A DNA stretch of 64,000 nucleotides from an uncultured Gemmatimonadales bacterium (GCA_963716255.1 OY970303.1:2752001-2816000); one strand, 5' to 3'; positions 31,272-40,264 are shown, counted from the first letter of the stretch. The notes: generated from the letters alone by a model not told the origin. Numbers and translations are program-made.

Positions 31272-31690
31272 GCATCGAGATCCGCCTGTCCGGTGTGGAC
31301 GGAACCGGGCTGGGCGACGAGGCGGAGGGAGTGCTCCGCGCCGCCGCCGGAACCGAGCCGGAGCGCCGCGAGCACAAGCCACGGGAGGAAGTGACCCGGG
31401 GCGATCCGGTGGCGATCGCGGCCCTCGTCCTCTCCGTCCCGAGCGCCATCGTGTCGCTGCTGGACCTCGCCGAGCGCGCACGACTGGCGGAACGGGTGCG
31501 TAGGCTGCTCGCCCGGACTCGCTTGGCAGACGACGCGGTGACGCTCCACGTGCCGGGCGCGCCCCCCCTCGACCTGGCCGCCGCTACGGAGGACGAGGTG
31601 ATGGACCGGCTCACCCAGGGGGCGGACTCCCGGAGCGGGGACCCGCCGACCCCGCGCGGGGTGCAGCGGGGCGGCCCGGGACCGGCTTGA
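31268..31690 (+). CDS. 140-aa partner protein with central hydrophobic helix
   Basis: ATGA overlap with the CHAT gene stop, GGAGGA RBS; VTRGDPVAIAALVLSVPSAIVSLLDLAER. Confidence 0.75.
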   Translation: MSIEIRLSGVDGTGLGDEAEGVLRAAAGTEPERREHKPREEVTRGDPVAIAALVLSVPSAIVSLLDLAERARLAERVRRLLARTRLADDAVTLHVPGAPPLDLAAATEDEVMDRLTQGADSRSGDPPTPRGVQRGGPGPA

Positions 31691-31710
31691 AGCCGTTCCC
31701 GGCGGAGGAC

Positions 31711-31751
31711 ACGAAGCGGGGCGCCGGATCGGATCCGGCGCCCCGCCTCGC
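31711..31751. repeat. 41-bp palindromic direct repeat, right flank of the CHAT cassette
   Basis: ACGAAGCGGGGCGCCGGATCGGATCCGGCGCCCCGCCTCGC. Confidence 0.85.
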
Positions 31752-31777
31752 ATCACGTACCGCGTAGCCGGCACCGG

Positions 31778-34501
31778 CTAGTCCGCCCGCAGCGCCTCCA
31801 TGGGCTGGATCCGCAGCCCCTGCCGGGCGGGCCCGAGCGCCGCGAGGAGCCCCACGCCGAGCGCGATCGCCACGACGGCGGCCAGCAGGCCGGTGGCCAG
31901 CCCGGGCGTGAAGCCCTGCCCCACCAGCAGCGCCCCGCCCAGCAGGCAGCCGACGCCCGCGCCCAGAGCGAGCTGGCGAATCGCCCGCGCGAAGACGCTC
32001 CCCAGGATGAGCCCCGGCCGGGCACCCAGCGCCGTGCGGATCCCGATCTCCTTGCGGCGTTGGGCGACCGTGAGCGCCATCAGCGCGTGGATGCCGGCGG
32101 CCGACAGGAGGAGCACGCTCAGCGTCACGGCCGCGATCCCCAGCGTCAGCAGGCTCTCGGTGCGCAGCTTCTGCCGGTGCACCTGCGCGAGGGATTCCAC
32201 CCGGGACAGCCGCAGCGTGGGGTCCAGCGCCGTGGCGATCTCCCGGAGCCGGGGGGCGAACTCCTCCGCGGGGATGCCCCGCACCCGCACCACCAGGCTC
32301 ACCGGGTTGAGCCGTCCCAGCGCGACGGGGTGGTACACCGTGGGCACGCCCCGCCCGGTCACGGTCGTCTTGGGAGGAAAGTCGTTCACCACCCCCACGA
32401 CCTCGTACCAGCCGCCCGCCTCCACGCCCCCGGGCTCCGAACCGTCCCCGGTGCGCGTGTAGCGGAACCTCCGGCCCAGCCCGGAGCCGCCGCCCAGGAC
32501 CTCCTCCACCAGGCTGCAGTTGACGACCACGGCGGTCGCCGGGCCGGCGAGGTCCGCCGCCTGGAACCGTCGTCCCGCGAGAACCGGGACGCCGAAGGTC
32601 TCGAACAGGCCCGGATCCACCTCCAGGTACCTCACGTCCCCCCGGGAGGGCTCCGCCGAGGGCCGCGGATCCGCCACCTCCACCACGCCCGGCGCGCTCG
32701 AGGACGAGAACCAGTCCCCCGGCACGTGGGACGCGAAAGTCACCGCGGACACCCCGGGCTCCGCCCGCAGGCGCCTCGCCAGCTCGAACTGGCGGTCCAC
32801 CAGGCGCCCGGCGAACTCACGCCGGTACGCTTCGGCCGCCCCGCTGGGCGGGGTCTCCCGGTCCATCCCCACCTGCACCGCGAGGAACTGCTCCGCCGCG
32901 AAGCCCGGGCCGGTGATCCCGTAGCGGAAGAACTGGTTCCACCCCAGGGCGACGGTGAGCGGGAGGATCGTCACGGCCACGGCCACCTGGCCCACGATCA
33001 GCGCGGTCCACGTCCCGCCCATCCGCATCCCCGTGCCGCCGCCCGCCTGGCCCAGGCCGGACCGCGCCCGGCGCCCGGTCGCCTTGAGCCCCGGCAGCAC
33101 GCCCACGATTACCGCGCCGAGCACCGCGAGCCCGGCCACGTAGGCGACCGTGCCCGGGGAAAGGCGCATCTCCCACCAGAAGGGGACCTGGTCGCCGGCC
33201 GTCCGGTCCAGGAAGGCGTTGCCCTGCCCCAGCCAGAACCGCGCGGCCGCGAGCCCGACCGCCGCCGCCGCAAGGGAAAGCACCAGCGCCTCCGCGAAGA
33301 GCTGCGTGACGACGCGGGCTCGGCTGGCCCCCAGGGCCAGGCGCACCGCGATCTCGCCGGCCCGCGTGGCCGTGCGGGCGTACACCAGGATGGCGACGTT
33401 GATCGCGATCACCACCAGCAGCAGGCTGCCGAGGAGCTGGACGAGGTAGAACACCCACATCAGCTCCGGGGCGTCGACGAAGGCGCGGGTGTACGGGAGC
33501 ACCCTGGGGCGGATGTGCCGGTGGGTCCCGGGATGGGCGGCGGCGATCCGCCGGCCGATGCCGGCCAGCTGCGCCTGCGCCTGCTCCAGAGTGGCTCCCG
33601 GGGCCAGGCGGCCGAACACGTCGAGCGGGGGCGCCTCGCCCCGCCGGTAGTCCGCGGGCTCCAGCCGCAGCAGCGTCCAGATGCCGTTGTTGACGGGGAA
33701 GGCGAAGCCCTCGGGCATCACGCCGACCACCGTGTGCGCGGCGTCGCCGAGCCGGAGCGTCCGGCCGACGACGTCGGGGCTGCCGGCGAAGCGGCGCTGC
33801 CACACGTCGTATCCGATCACGACCACCGGCGCCGCCCCGGGCCGCTCGTCGTCGTCGAACAGGTACCGGCCCAGCAGCGGGGCGACGCGCGCCACCCGGA
33901 AGCCCGCCGCGCTCATCTCCGCGACCCGCAGCGGCTCGCCCAGGCCGCCGGGGGTGACCAGGTTGCGGTCCACGGTGCGATAGGCGCCCAGCTCCTCCAC
34001 CGCCCGGAGATCGTCGCGCCAGACCGCGAGGTCGTGCAGGTGCGTCTCGCGCCCCTCGCCGCCGCGGGCCGCGTCCAGGTTCTGGATCGCGACGATCCGG
34101 TGGCCCTCCTCCAGCGGCAGCGCCGGGTCGACCACCGCGGCGACGAAGCTGAACAGGCTGGCGCCGAAGGCGGTGGCGACCGCCATCCCCAGGACCCCCA
34201 CCCCCGTGAGGCCCGGGTACTTGAGGAGCATGCGCAGCCCCAGCCTGAGGTCCAGCGAGAGGCCGGCCGCCCAGGTCACCCCGCGGGCGTCGCGCCCCTC
34301 CTCCTTGTACTTCTCCACCCCGCCGAACGCGATCGCGGCTCGCCGCCGCGCCTCCTGCGGCGGGAGCCCCCGCTCGCGCGCCAGCCGCTCGGCCTCCATC
34401 TCCACGTGGAAGCGCATCTCCTCGTCCATCTCGGCCGCGAGCCGGTCGGGACGCCGGAGCCCGCGCCAGAACGAGAGAGCGCGCGCGACAAGACCGTTCA
34501 T
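31778..34501 (-). CDS. Duplicated MacB/FtsX-type ABC permease (ADOP-like)
   Basis: EMDEEMRFHVEME...AFGGVEKYKEE prefix; two permease halves with EIAVRLALGASR and EIGIRTALGARP; P-MEALRAD end. Confidence 0.9.
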   Translation of the reverse strand: MNGLVARALSFWRGLRRPDRLAAEMDEEMRFHVEMEAERLARERGLPPQEARRRAAIAFGGVEKYKEEGRDARGVTWAAGLSLDLRLGLRMLLKYPGLTGVGVLGMAVATAFGASLFSFVAAVVDPALPLEEGHRIVAIQNLDAARGGEGRETHLHDLAVWRDDLRAVEELGAYRTVDRNLVTPGGLGEPLRVAEMSAAGFRVARVAPLLGRYLFDDDERPGAAPVVVIGYDVWQRRFAGSPDVVGRTLRLGDAAHTVVGVMPEGFAFPVNNGIWTLLRLEPADYRRGEAPPLDVFGRLAPGATLEQAQAQLAGIGRRIAAAHPGTHRHIRPRVLPYTRAFVDAPELMWVFYLVQLLGSLLLVVIAINVAILVYARTATRAGEIAVRLALGASRARVVTQLFAEALVLSLAAAAVGLAAARFWLGQGNAFLDRTAGDQVPFWWEMRLSPGTVAYVAGLAVLGAVIVGVLPGLKATGRRARSGLGQAGGGTGMRMGGTWTALIVGQVAVAVTILPLTVALGWNQFFRYGITGPGFAAEQFLAVQVGMDRETPPSGAAEAYRREFAGRLVDRQFELARRLRAEPGVSAVTFASHVPGDWFSSSSAPGVVEVADPRPSAEPSRGDVRYLEVDPGLFETFGVPVLAGRRFQAADLAGPATAVVVNCSLVEEVLGGGSGLGRRFRYTRTGDGSEPGGVEAGGWYEVVGVVNDFPPKTTVTGRGVPTVYHPVALGRLNPVSLVVRVRGIPAEEFAPRLREIATALDPTLRLSRVESLAQVHRQKLRTESLLTLGIAAVTLSVLLLSAAGIHALMALTVAQRRKEIGIRTALGARPGLILGSVFARAIRQLALGAGVGCLLGGALLVGQGFTPGLATGLLAAVVAIALGVGLLAALGPARQGLRIQPMEALRAD

Positions 34502-34504
34502 CTC

Positions 34505-34846
34505 TCAGATCTCCTGGGGGGTGGAGCGAAGCGCCAGGGCGATGGCGTCCGCCAGCCGGTTCCAGCTCGCCACCTCCACCCCCAGGCGCTGCCGCCCCGC
34601 GGCGGTGAGGCGGTAGAACTTGGCGCGGCGGTTGTTGTCGGAGATCCCCCACTCGCTCTCGATCAGCCCGCGGTGCTCCAGGCGGTACAGCGCCGGGTAG
34701 AGGGCGCCCTGCTGCACCTGGAGCGCGCCGCCCGAGATCTGCTCGATGCGCAGCAGCACGCCGTAGCCGTGCAGCTTGCCCAGCGACACGGCCTTGAGGA
34801 TGAGGAGGTCGAGTGTGCCGGGGAGCAGGTCCGCGGTGTCGTTCAT
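34505..34846 (-). CDS. PadR-family transcriptional regulator
   Basis: LLPGTLDLLILKAV...HGYGV...GALYPALYRLE...WGISDNNRRAKFYRLT. Confidence 0.93.
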   Translation of the reverse strand: MNDTADLLPGTLDLLILKAVSLGKLHGYGVLLRIEQISGGALQVQQGALYPALYRLEHRGLIESEWGISDNNRRAKFYRLTAAGRQRLGVEVASWNRLADAIALALRSTPQEI

Positions 34847-34850
34847 CGGT

Positions 34851-34906
34851 TTCTCCTATTCAGGTTAGGAGAAGAGTACGGCGTGCTCTCCTAAGCTGTC
34901 AAGGAG
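34851..34906 (-). promoter_or_regulatory. PadR promoter with two palindromic operator candidates
   Basis: TTCTCCTA-N7-TAGGAGAA (34851-34873) and CTCCTA-N7-AAGGAG (34888-34906); minus-strand TTGACA-N18-TACTCT overlaps them. Confidence 0.6.
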
Positions 34907-35002
34907 TACGTCGCCGGGCGTCCCGGTGACCGGCGGGCGGCGAGAAGAGCCGGACCGGGGCGAGGGGAGGACGTAAACCCTGATCCTTGTTATATTGTCC
35001 GG

Positions 35003-36955
35003 ATGATCTCCGTATCCAACCTTTCCAAGGAGTTCGGCGACCGCGTCCTGTTCGCCGATGCATCCTTCCAGCTGAACCCGGGCGAGCGCTACGGCATCGT
35101 GGGCGCCAACGGGTCCGGCAAGACCACGCTGCTCAGCATCCTGAGCGGCGACTCCCCCGCGAGCAGCGGCACGGTGTCCGTGCCGAAGTCGCTGCGGCTG
35201 GGCGTGCTGCGCCAGGACCAGTTCCTCTACGAGGACCAGGAGGTGCTGAGCGTCACGCTGATGGGGAACCCGGAGCTGTGGGCCGCCATGGTCGAGAAGG
35301 AGAAGCTTCTCGCACGGGCGCACGAGCACTTCGACGCCGACCGCTTCTCCGAGCTGGAGGAGACGGTGCAGCGCCACGACGGCTACACCGCCGAGGCCCG
35401 CGCCGCCACCATCCTGGAGGGGCTGGGCCTCCCCGCCGAGACGCACCACCGGCCGCTCTCCACGCTGTCGGGCGGCTTCAAGCTGCGGGTGCTCCTGGCG
35501 CAGGTGCTGGCCGGCGCGCCGGACGTGCTGCTGCTGGACGAGCCCACCAACCACCTGGACATCCTTTCCATCCGCTGGCTGGAGAAGTTCCTCCACGACT
35601 TCGAGGGGCCGGTCGCGGTGATCTCGCACGACCACCGCTTCCTGGACAACGTGTCCACCGGCATCCTGGACGTGGACTACCAGACGGTCACCCTCTACCG
35701 GGGCAACTACACGTCGTTCCTGGAGCAGAAGGTGGAGGACCGGGAGCGGCGGGAAAAGGAGATCGAAGGGCGGCAGAAGGAGATCGCCCACCACCAGAAG
35801 TTCGTGGACAAGTTCAAGGCAAAGGCTAGCAAGGCGCGGCAGGCGCAGAGCAAGCTGCGCATGATCGAGCGCAAGCAGGAAGACCTGGAGGAGCTCCCCG
35901 GCAGCTCGCGGCGCTACCCCAAGTTCCGCTTCCTGCCGCGGCGCGAGAGCGGCAAGGAGGTGCTCCGCATCCGCGGGATCCGCAAGTCCTTCGGCGACCG
36001 GGAGGTGCTGCCGGGGGTGGACCTGCTGGTGAACCGCGGCGACCGGCTGGTCATCATGGGGCCCAACGGAATCGGCAAGTCCACGCTGCTCAAGATCGTC
36101 ATGGGCGAGCTGCCGGCCGACCAGGGCGACGTGCAGTGGGGGTACGAAACGCACCCCGGCTACTTCGCGCAGGACCACCACGAGCAGCTGGGCGACGACG
36201 ACCGCACCGCCGAGCAGTGGCTGTGGGACTTCTGCCCGGGCAGGGACCGCGGCTTCGTACGCGGGCACCTGGGGATGATGCTCTTCTCGGGCGAGGACGG
36301 CGAGAAGCGGCTTTCCGCCCTGTCGGGGGGCGAGGCGGCGCGGCTGGTGTTCAGCCGGCTGGCGCTGGAGCAGCCCAACGTGCTGGTGCTGGACGAGCCC
36401 ACCAACCACCTGGACCTGGAAAGCATCGAGGCGCTGGTCAACGCGCTCCAGACGTACGAGGGCACGCTGATCCTGGTGTCGCACGACCGCTGGTTCGTGA
36501 GCCAGCTGGCCACGCGGGTGCTGGAGGTGAGCCGCGAGGGGATCCGCGACTACCTGGGCACCTACGAGGAGTACGTGCACGCCTGCGGCGACGATCACCT
36601 GGACGCCGACACGGTGGTGCTCAAGGCGCGGAAGGAGGACCGCGGCGGCAGAAAGGACGGCGCGGAGAACGGCGGCCGCCCCGCCGCGCCCGCGCCCCGC
36701 GTGTCCGTGAAGGCCCCCGCCGGCGGGCGCGGCCGCATGGAGAAGCGCCGCGACGAGATCACCGCCGAGATCGAGGCCGCGGAGTCGCGCGTCGCCGAGA
36801 TCGACGGGCTCTTCGCCGAGCGCCGCTTCTTCGAGACCACGCCGCCCGACCGGGTCAAGGCGCTCAAGGCCGAGCGCGCGCGGTTCCAGGAAAAGGTGGA
36901 GCGGCTGATGGAGGACTGGGAGAGCCTGGAGCAGGAGCTCGCCGGGGCCCGGTAG
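35003..36955 (+). CDS. ABC-F family ATPase
   Basis: Two NBDs (GANGSGKTT, LSGG, LLLDEPTNHLD; GPNGIGKST, LSGGE, LVLDEPTNHLD), linker KASKARQAQSK, C-terminal coiled coil, no membrane segments. Confidence 0.95.
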   Translation: MISVSNLSKEFGDRVLFADASFQLNPGERYGIVGANGSGKTTLLSILSGDSPASSGTVSVPKSLRLGVLRQDQFLYEDQEVLSVTLMGNPELWAAMVEKEKLLARAHEHFDADRFSELEETVQRHDGYTAEARAATILEGLGLPAETHHRPLSTLSGGFKLRVLLAQVLAGAPDVLLLDEPTNHLDILSIRWLEKFLHDFEGPVAVISHDHRFLDNVSTGILDVDYQTVTLYRGNYTSFLEQKVEDRERREKEIEGRQKEIAHHQKFVDKFKAKASKARQAQSKLRMIERKQEDLEELPGSSRRYPKFRFLPRRESGKEVLRIRGIRKSFGDREVLPGVDLLVNRGDRLVIMGPNGIGKSTLLKIVMGELPADQGDVQWGYETHPGYFAQDHHEQLGDDDRTAEQWLWDFCPGRDRGFVRGHLGMMLFSGEDGEKRLSALSGGEAARLVFSRLALEQPNVLVLDEPTNHLDLESIEALVNALQTYEGTLILVSHDRWFVSQLATRVLEVSREGIRDYLGTYEEYVHACGDDHLDADTVVLKARKEDRGGRKDGAENGGRPAAPAPRVSVKAPAGGRGRMEKRRDEITAEIEAAESRVAEIDGLFAERRFFETTPPDRVKALKAERARFQEKVERLMEDWESLEQELAGAR

Positions 36956-36985
36956 CCGCCCGTCCGCCGGCAAGATCGCAGGACG

Positions 36986-37020
36986 CAGCGGGGGAGCACA
37001 CGACGTGTGCTCCCCCGCTG
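36986..37020. terminator. Perfect 16-bp-stem hairpin between convergent genes
   Basis: CAGCGGGGGAGCACAC-GAC-GTGTGCTCCCCCGCTG; no U-tract. Confidence 0.5.
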
Positions 37021-37053
37021 AGCATTCGGGGCCGCGCTCCTTGTCCGGGCCGG

Positions 37054-37632
37054 TCAGATCACGCCCGTCACGGCACATCCCACCAGCCGGAGCCGGCCAT
37101 CCGCCTCGCGGGTGAAGAAGTAGCGGCGGGAATGAAACTCTCCCCCCCGGCAATGCCCCGCCCCGGTGCTCTCCTCCGTACAGGACCCGTTCTGCAGGCC
37201 CTCCGGACTGCACGTTCTCGCCAGCTGGACGTTCACCCAGTGCTTGACCGGAATCCCCTTCGACGGCTCGACCTCCTCCGAAAAGTCGCTCGGATCGGCG
37301 TGGAGGACGCGCGGTTACTCCACGACGGGGCTCAGCACGATCCGTGTGCAGTCCAGGCACGGATACGTCGGGCTCCGCCGCTCGTGAGCATAGACACCGT
37401 CCACGACGCCGCGCGACACCAGCTCCCGGAGCAGCCCCGCCGGGTGCTTTCCGTGAGCGCCGTCGAACCGCTCGTCGGCCAGGTAGACCCCGTGGGCTCC
37501 GGGCGGCAGCTCGGCCCGGATCGCCTCGACGACCTGGGCGTACACGGCCACCGTGTCCACGCCCGGCGCGGGAGCGCGGGTACCCGGGCTCGCCGCCGTG
37601 CAGCAGGCGAGCAGCATCGCGAGAAGAGCCAT
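37054..37632 (-). pseudogene. Probable secreted/lipoprotein gene interrupted by one in-frame TAA at 37315-37317
   Basis: ORFs 37315-37659 and 37054-37236 share a frame; read-through gives ...LSPVVE*PRVLHADPSDFSEEVEPSKGIPVKHWVNVQLARTC... with no other stop. Confidence 0.55.
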
Positions 37633-37678
37633 CGAGCACCCGGCTCTGCGGGATCCCACTCGCCGCGCCGGCCGCGCG

Positions 37679-38185
37679 TCAGGCGAGGCGGCGCCGCTCG
37701 ATGCGGCGGACGGCCTCCTCCGCCAGCTCCCGCAGCACGGCGAGGTCCTGCTCCGCGAAGGTCCGCTGCTCCAGCCCCACCACGCACAGGTTGCCCAGCA
37801 CGTGGCCCCGCGACGAGATCAGCGGCACGCCGGCGTAGCAGCGCACCCCGTCCTGCGTCACCAGCGGGTTGCTCCGGTGCTCGGGGTGGGTCTCGGCGTC
37901 CTCCACCACGAGCGGGCCGCGGGTGCGCACCGAGGCGGCGCAGAACGACCACTCCACCGGGTGCCCGCGCGTTTCCGCCAGCCACAGGCCGTCGGGACCG
38001 TGGAAGCCGGCGACGTGCAGCGCCTCGTCCAGCACCACGCTGACCAGCGACACGGGGAGGCCCAGCCGGGACGCGGCCCGCTCCGCCACGTCCGCGAGGA
38101 TGGGGTCCACGTCGGGCGAGAGCAGGTCCAGGTCGGCGATCTCCTGGAGCCGGGCCTCGTCGCGGAGGGGATCGTGGGCGCTCAC
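37679..38185 (-). CDS. Stand-alone GAF-domain protein
   Basis: RLQEIADLDLL, SFCAASV, PLVVEDA, NPLV, VRCYAGVPL, LGNLCVV; GTG start overlaps the upstream stop. Confidence 0.88.
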   Translation of the reverse strand: MSAHDPLRDEARLQEIADLDLLSPDVDPILADVAERAASRLGLPVSLVSVVLDEALHVAGFHGPDGLWLAETRGHPVEWSFCAASVRTRGPLVVEDAETHPEHRSNPLVTQDGVRCYAGVPLISSRGHVLGNLCVVGLEQRTFAEQDLAVLRELAEEAVRRIERRRLA

Positions 38186-38496
38186 GGCTGCCTCCCGGCC
38201 GCGGCGGCGCTGGCGGAGAGTCGGGCGAAGGTGCGCATGCGGATCTCCATGGAGCGCGCGACCACTGCGGTGGTCCCGCCCTGCTCGGCGAGGGCGGCCA
38301 CCGCGCGCCCGAGCTGCGCCGCGGTGGTCTGGTGCCCGGCGAGGACGCCCGCCTCGCGGCAGGCGCGCGACCACCGGTCGGCGGCGCGCTCCGGGCCGAA
38401 GACCCGCTCCAGGGCGGCGATGGCGTCCGCCTCGGAGGGCTCCGGCAGGTCGTACCCGGGGAGGCGGAACGCGCCGCCTGGCGGTGAGGGCATCAT
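38182..38496 (-). CDS. Small helical hypothetical protein coupled to the GAF gene
   Basis: YDLPEPSEADAIAALERVFGPERAADRWSRACREAG...SMEIRMRTFARL; GTGA overlap. Confidence 0.65.
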   Translation of the reverse strand: MMPSPPGGAFRLPGYDLPEPSEADAIAALERVFGPERAADRWSRACREAGVLAGHQTTAAQLGRAVAALAEQGGTTAVVARSMEIRMRTFARLSASAAAAGRQP

Positions 38497-38698
38497 GCGG
38501 GCCGGTGCGGGGAATGGACGCGTGGACGCCCGGGGTACGACGGGCCGCCCGCGAGCGGATTCACCCACCCGGCAAGTCGCGTGCTGCGCCGCGCGCGCGC
38601 CCCTCGCGGACCGGGCATCGTCCCCCGATCTTGTCGGGAGAGCGCGGTGGCCGCCGTGTCCCCGCCTCGCATCATCCAGACAGGAGCCAGGGGCACCG

Positions 38699-39118
38699 AT
38701 GGCGACCGAGCCCGAGCCGTTCGAGATCGCGGTCCGGATCCTTCCCGGGGACGTGGACGGGATGGGGCACGTCAACAACATCGTCTACGTGCGCTGGGTG
38801 CAGGAGGCCGCGCTGGCGCACTGGTTCGCGCGGGCCCCGGCGCAGGCGCAGGCGACGATGACGTGGGTGGTGCTTCGCCACGAGATCGACTACCTGCGCG
38901 CGGCCCGCCCGGGCGACTCGGTGCGGGCGCGCACCTGGCTCGGCCAGGCGCACGCCATCCGCTACGAGCGCCACACCGAGATCGTGCTGGAGGACGGCAC
39001 GACCCTGGCCCGGGCGCGCACGCTCTGGTGCCCGGTGGACACGGCCACGGGGCGGCCGCGGCGCGTACCCGCCGAGGTGCGCGCCGCCTTCGCCGCGCCG
39101 GGCGATGGTGAGGGCTGA
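38699..39118 (+). CDS. Acyl-CoA thioesterase (4HBT/YbgC-like)
   Basis: DVDGMGHVNNIVYVRW, HEIDYLRAA, TLWCPVD. Confidence 0.9.
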   Translation: MATEPEPFEIAVRILPGDVDGMGHVNNIVYVRWVQEAALAHWFARAPAQAQATMTWVVLRHEIDYLRAARPGDSVRARTWLGQAHAIRYERHTEIVLEDGTTLARARTLWCPVDTATGRPRRVPAEVRAAFAAPGDGEG

Positions 39119-39234
39119 GTGGAGCGGAGCCGGGCGAAGTGGAGGATCGTTGCCGCCGGGCATCAGGTCGATTACAGTTGTCTCTCCAGTTCGTGTCCGC
39201 AACCAAGCGGGCAACCTCACATCCGGAGGACGCC

Positions 39235-39435
39235 ATGAGCCGTTCGCCTTCCTACCTGCGCCGGGGACTCTTCGGCATCGTCTTCGTCGGCTCACTGGGC
39301 TTCGGAGCCACGGCCGCCTTCGCGAAGCCCGAGACGCGAGATGCCTTCCCCACCTGCCCCAAGGGGTGGAGCATGTGCCCGGACGGGACCTGCGTCGGAC
39401 CCGATATGCGCTGCTTCCAGCCGCTCGAGTTCTGA
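39235..39435 (+). CDS. 66-aa secreted cysteine-rich peptide
   Basis: GGAGGA RBS; signal peptide ending AFA; mature KPETRDAFPTCPKGWSMCPDGTCVGPDMRCFQPLEF with four Cys. Confidence 0.75.
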   Translation: MSRSPSYLRRGLFGIVFVGSLGFGATAAFAKPETRDAFPTCPKGWSMCPDGTCVGPDMRCFQPLEF

Positions 39436-39523
39436 CCTCGGCCGCGGTCCAGCCGGTGACGGAAGACGGCCCGGGTGCGCAGGCGCGCCCGGGCCGTCGT
39501 TCGTCGAGCCGGTGCATCCCGGC

Positions 39524-40264
39524 TCAGCTGTCCCCGCCCTTGGCCTCCCCGCCCGACCCGCTCCCGCCGCCGCCCGCGATCACGCGGATGGACACGGGGT
39601 TGGGGATGGGCACCTCCACCCGCTCCCTGCGGTTGGCCTGCACCCGCTGGTACCACGCGTCGTCCTTGCCGGCGCCGCCCGCCTCCATCACCATGCGGGC
39701 CAGCTCCGTCGCCACCGCGTTGGACACGCGGATGGAGCCGTGCGAGGCCGCCTTGCCCAGCGACTCGGGCTCGTTGGTGCCGTGGATGCTGCGCGGCGCG
39801 TCGTACACCAGCTGCGCGTGCCCCAGCGGGTTGTCGGCGGCGCCGGGCTCCTTCTCCTCCTCGTCCTCCGCCCACCCCTCCTCCCTGGGCGGCACCCACC
39901 GCGGGTTCCAGATCACCTGGCCGACGGTCCACTCGCCCGTGCGCGTGGGCCACTTGCTGGTGCCCACGGCCACGGGGTGCGTGGCGATGCGCTGGTCCCT
40001 GCGGTACACGCGCACCTCGCGGGCGGCCACGTCCACCTCCAGGCGGAGGTCGGGCGGAGGAGGCGGCGGCGTGGGAGCGGCCGGCGCCGCCGGCTGCACC
40101 GCCGCCCCGGGCGCCGTCTGCGCCGCGCCGGCGTCCGCCGTCTGCCCCGCGGACGCGCCTGCGTCCGCGCCCTCGTCCGTCCTGTCCTGCACCACGCACC
40201 CGCCCAGCAGCAGCGCCGCGGCGGCCAGCGCCGGGCCCGTCCATCCTCGAAGCCTTCGTCTCAT
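39524..40264 (-). CDS. YkuD-family L,D-transpeptidase-like lipoprotein with catalytic Cys replaced by Ser
   Basis: HPVAVG, WNPRWVPP, PGAADNPLG, IHGTNEPESLGKAASHGSIRV; LGGC lipobox. Confidence 0.85.
   Translation of the reverse strand: MRRRLRGWTGPALAAAALLLGGCVVQDRTDEGADAGASAGQTADAGAAQTAPGAAVQPAAPAAPTPPPPPPDLRLEVDVAAREVRVYRRDQRIATHPVAVGTSKWPTRTGEWTVGQVIWNPRWVPPREEGWAEDEEEKEPGAADNPLGHAQLVYDAPRSIHGTNEPESLGKAASHGSIRVSNAVATELARMVMEAGGAGKDDAWYQRVQANRRERVEVPIPNPVSIRVIAGGGGSGSGGEAKGGDS

Noticed and set aside
31620..31690. Weak similarity of the partner gene 3' end to the thiC 3' end (GCGGA...CCGGGAGCGGGG), as a possible att duplication
   Set aside because: Short, gapped, GC-rich match with different spacing to the hairpin; could be chance.
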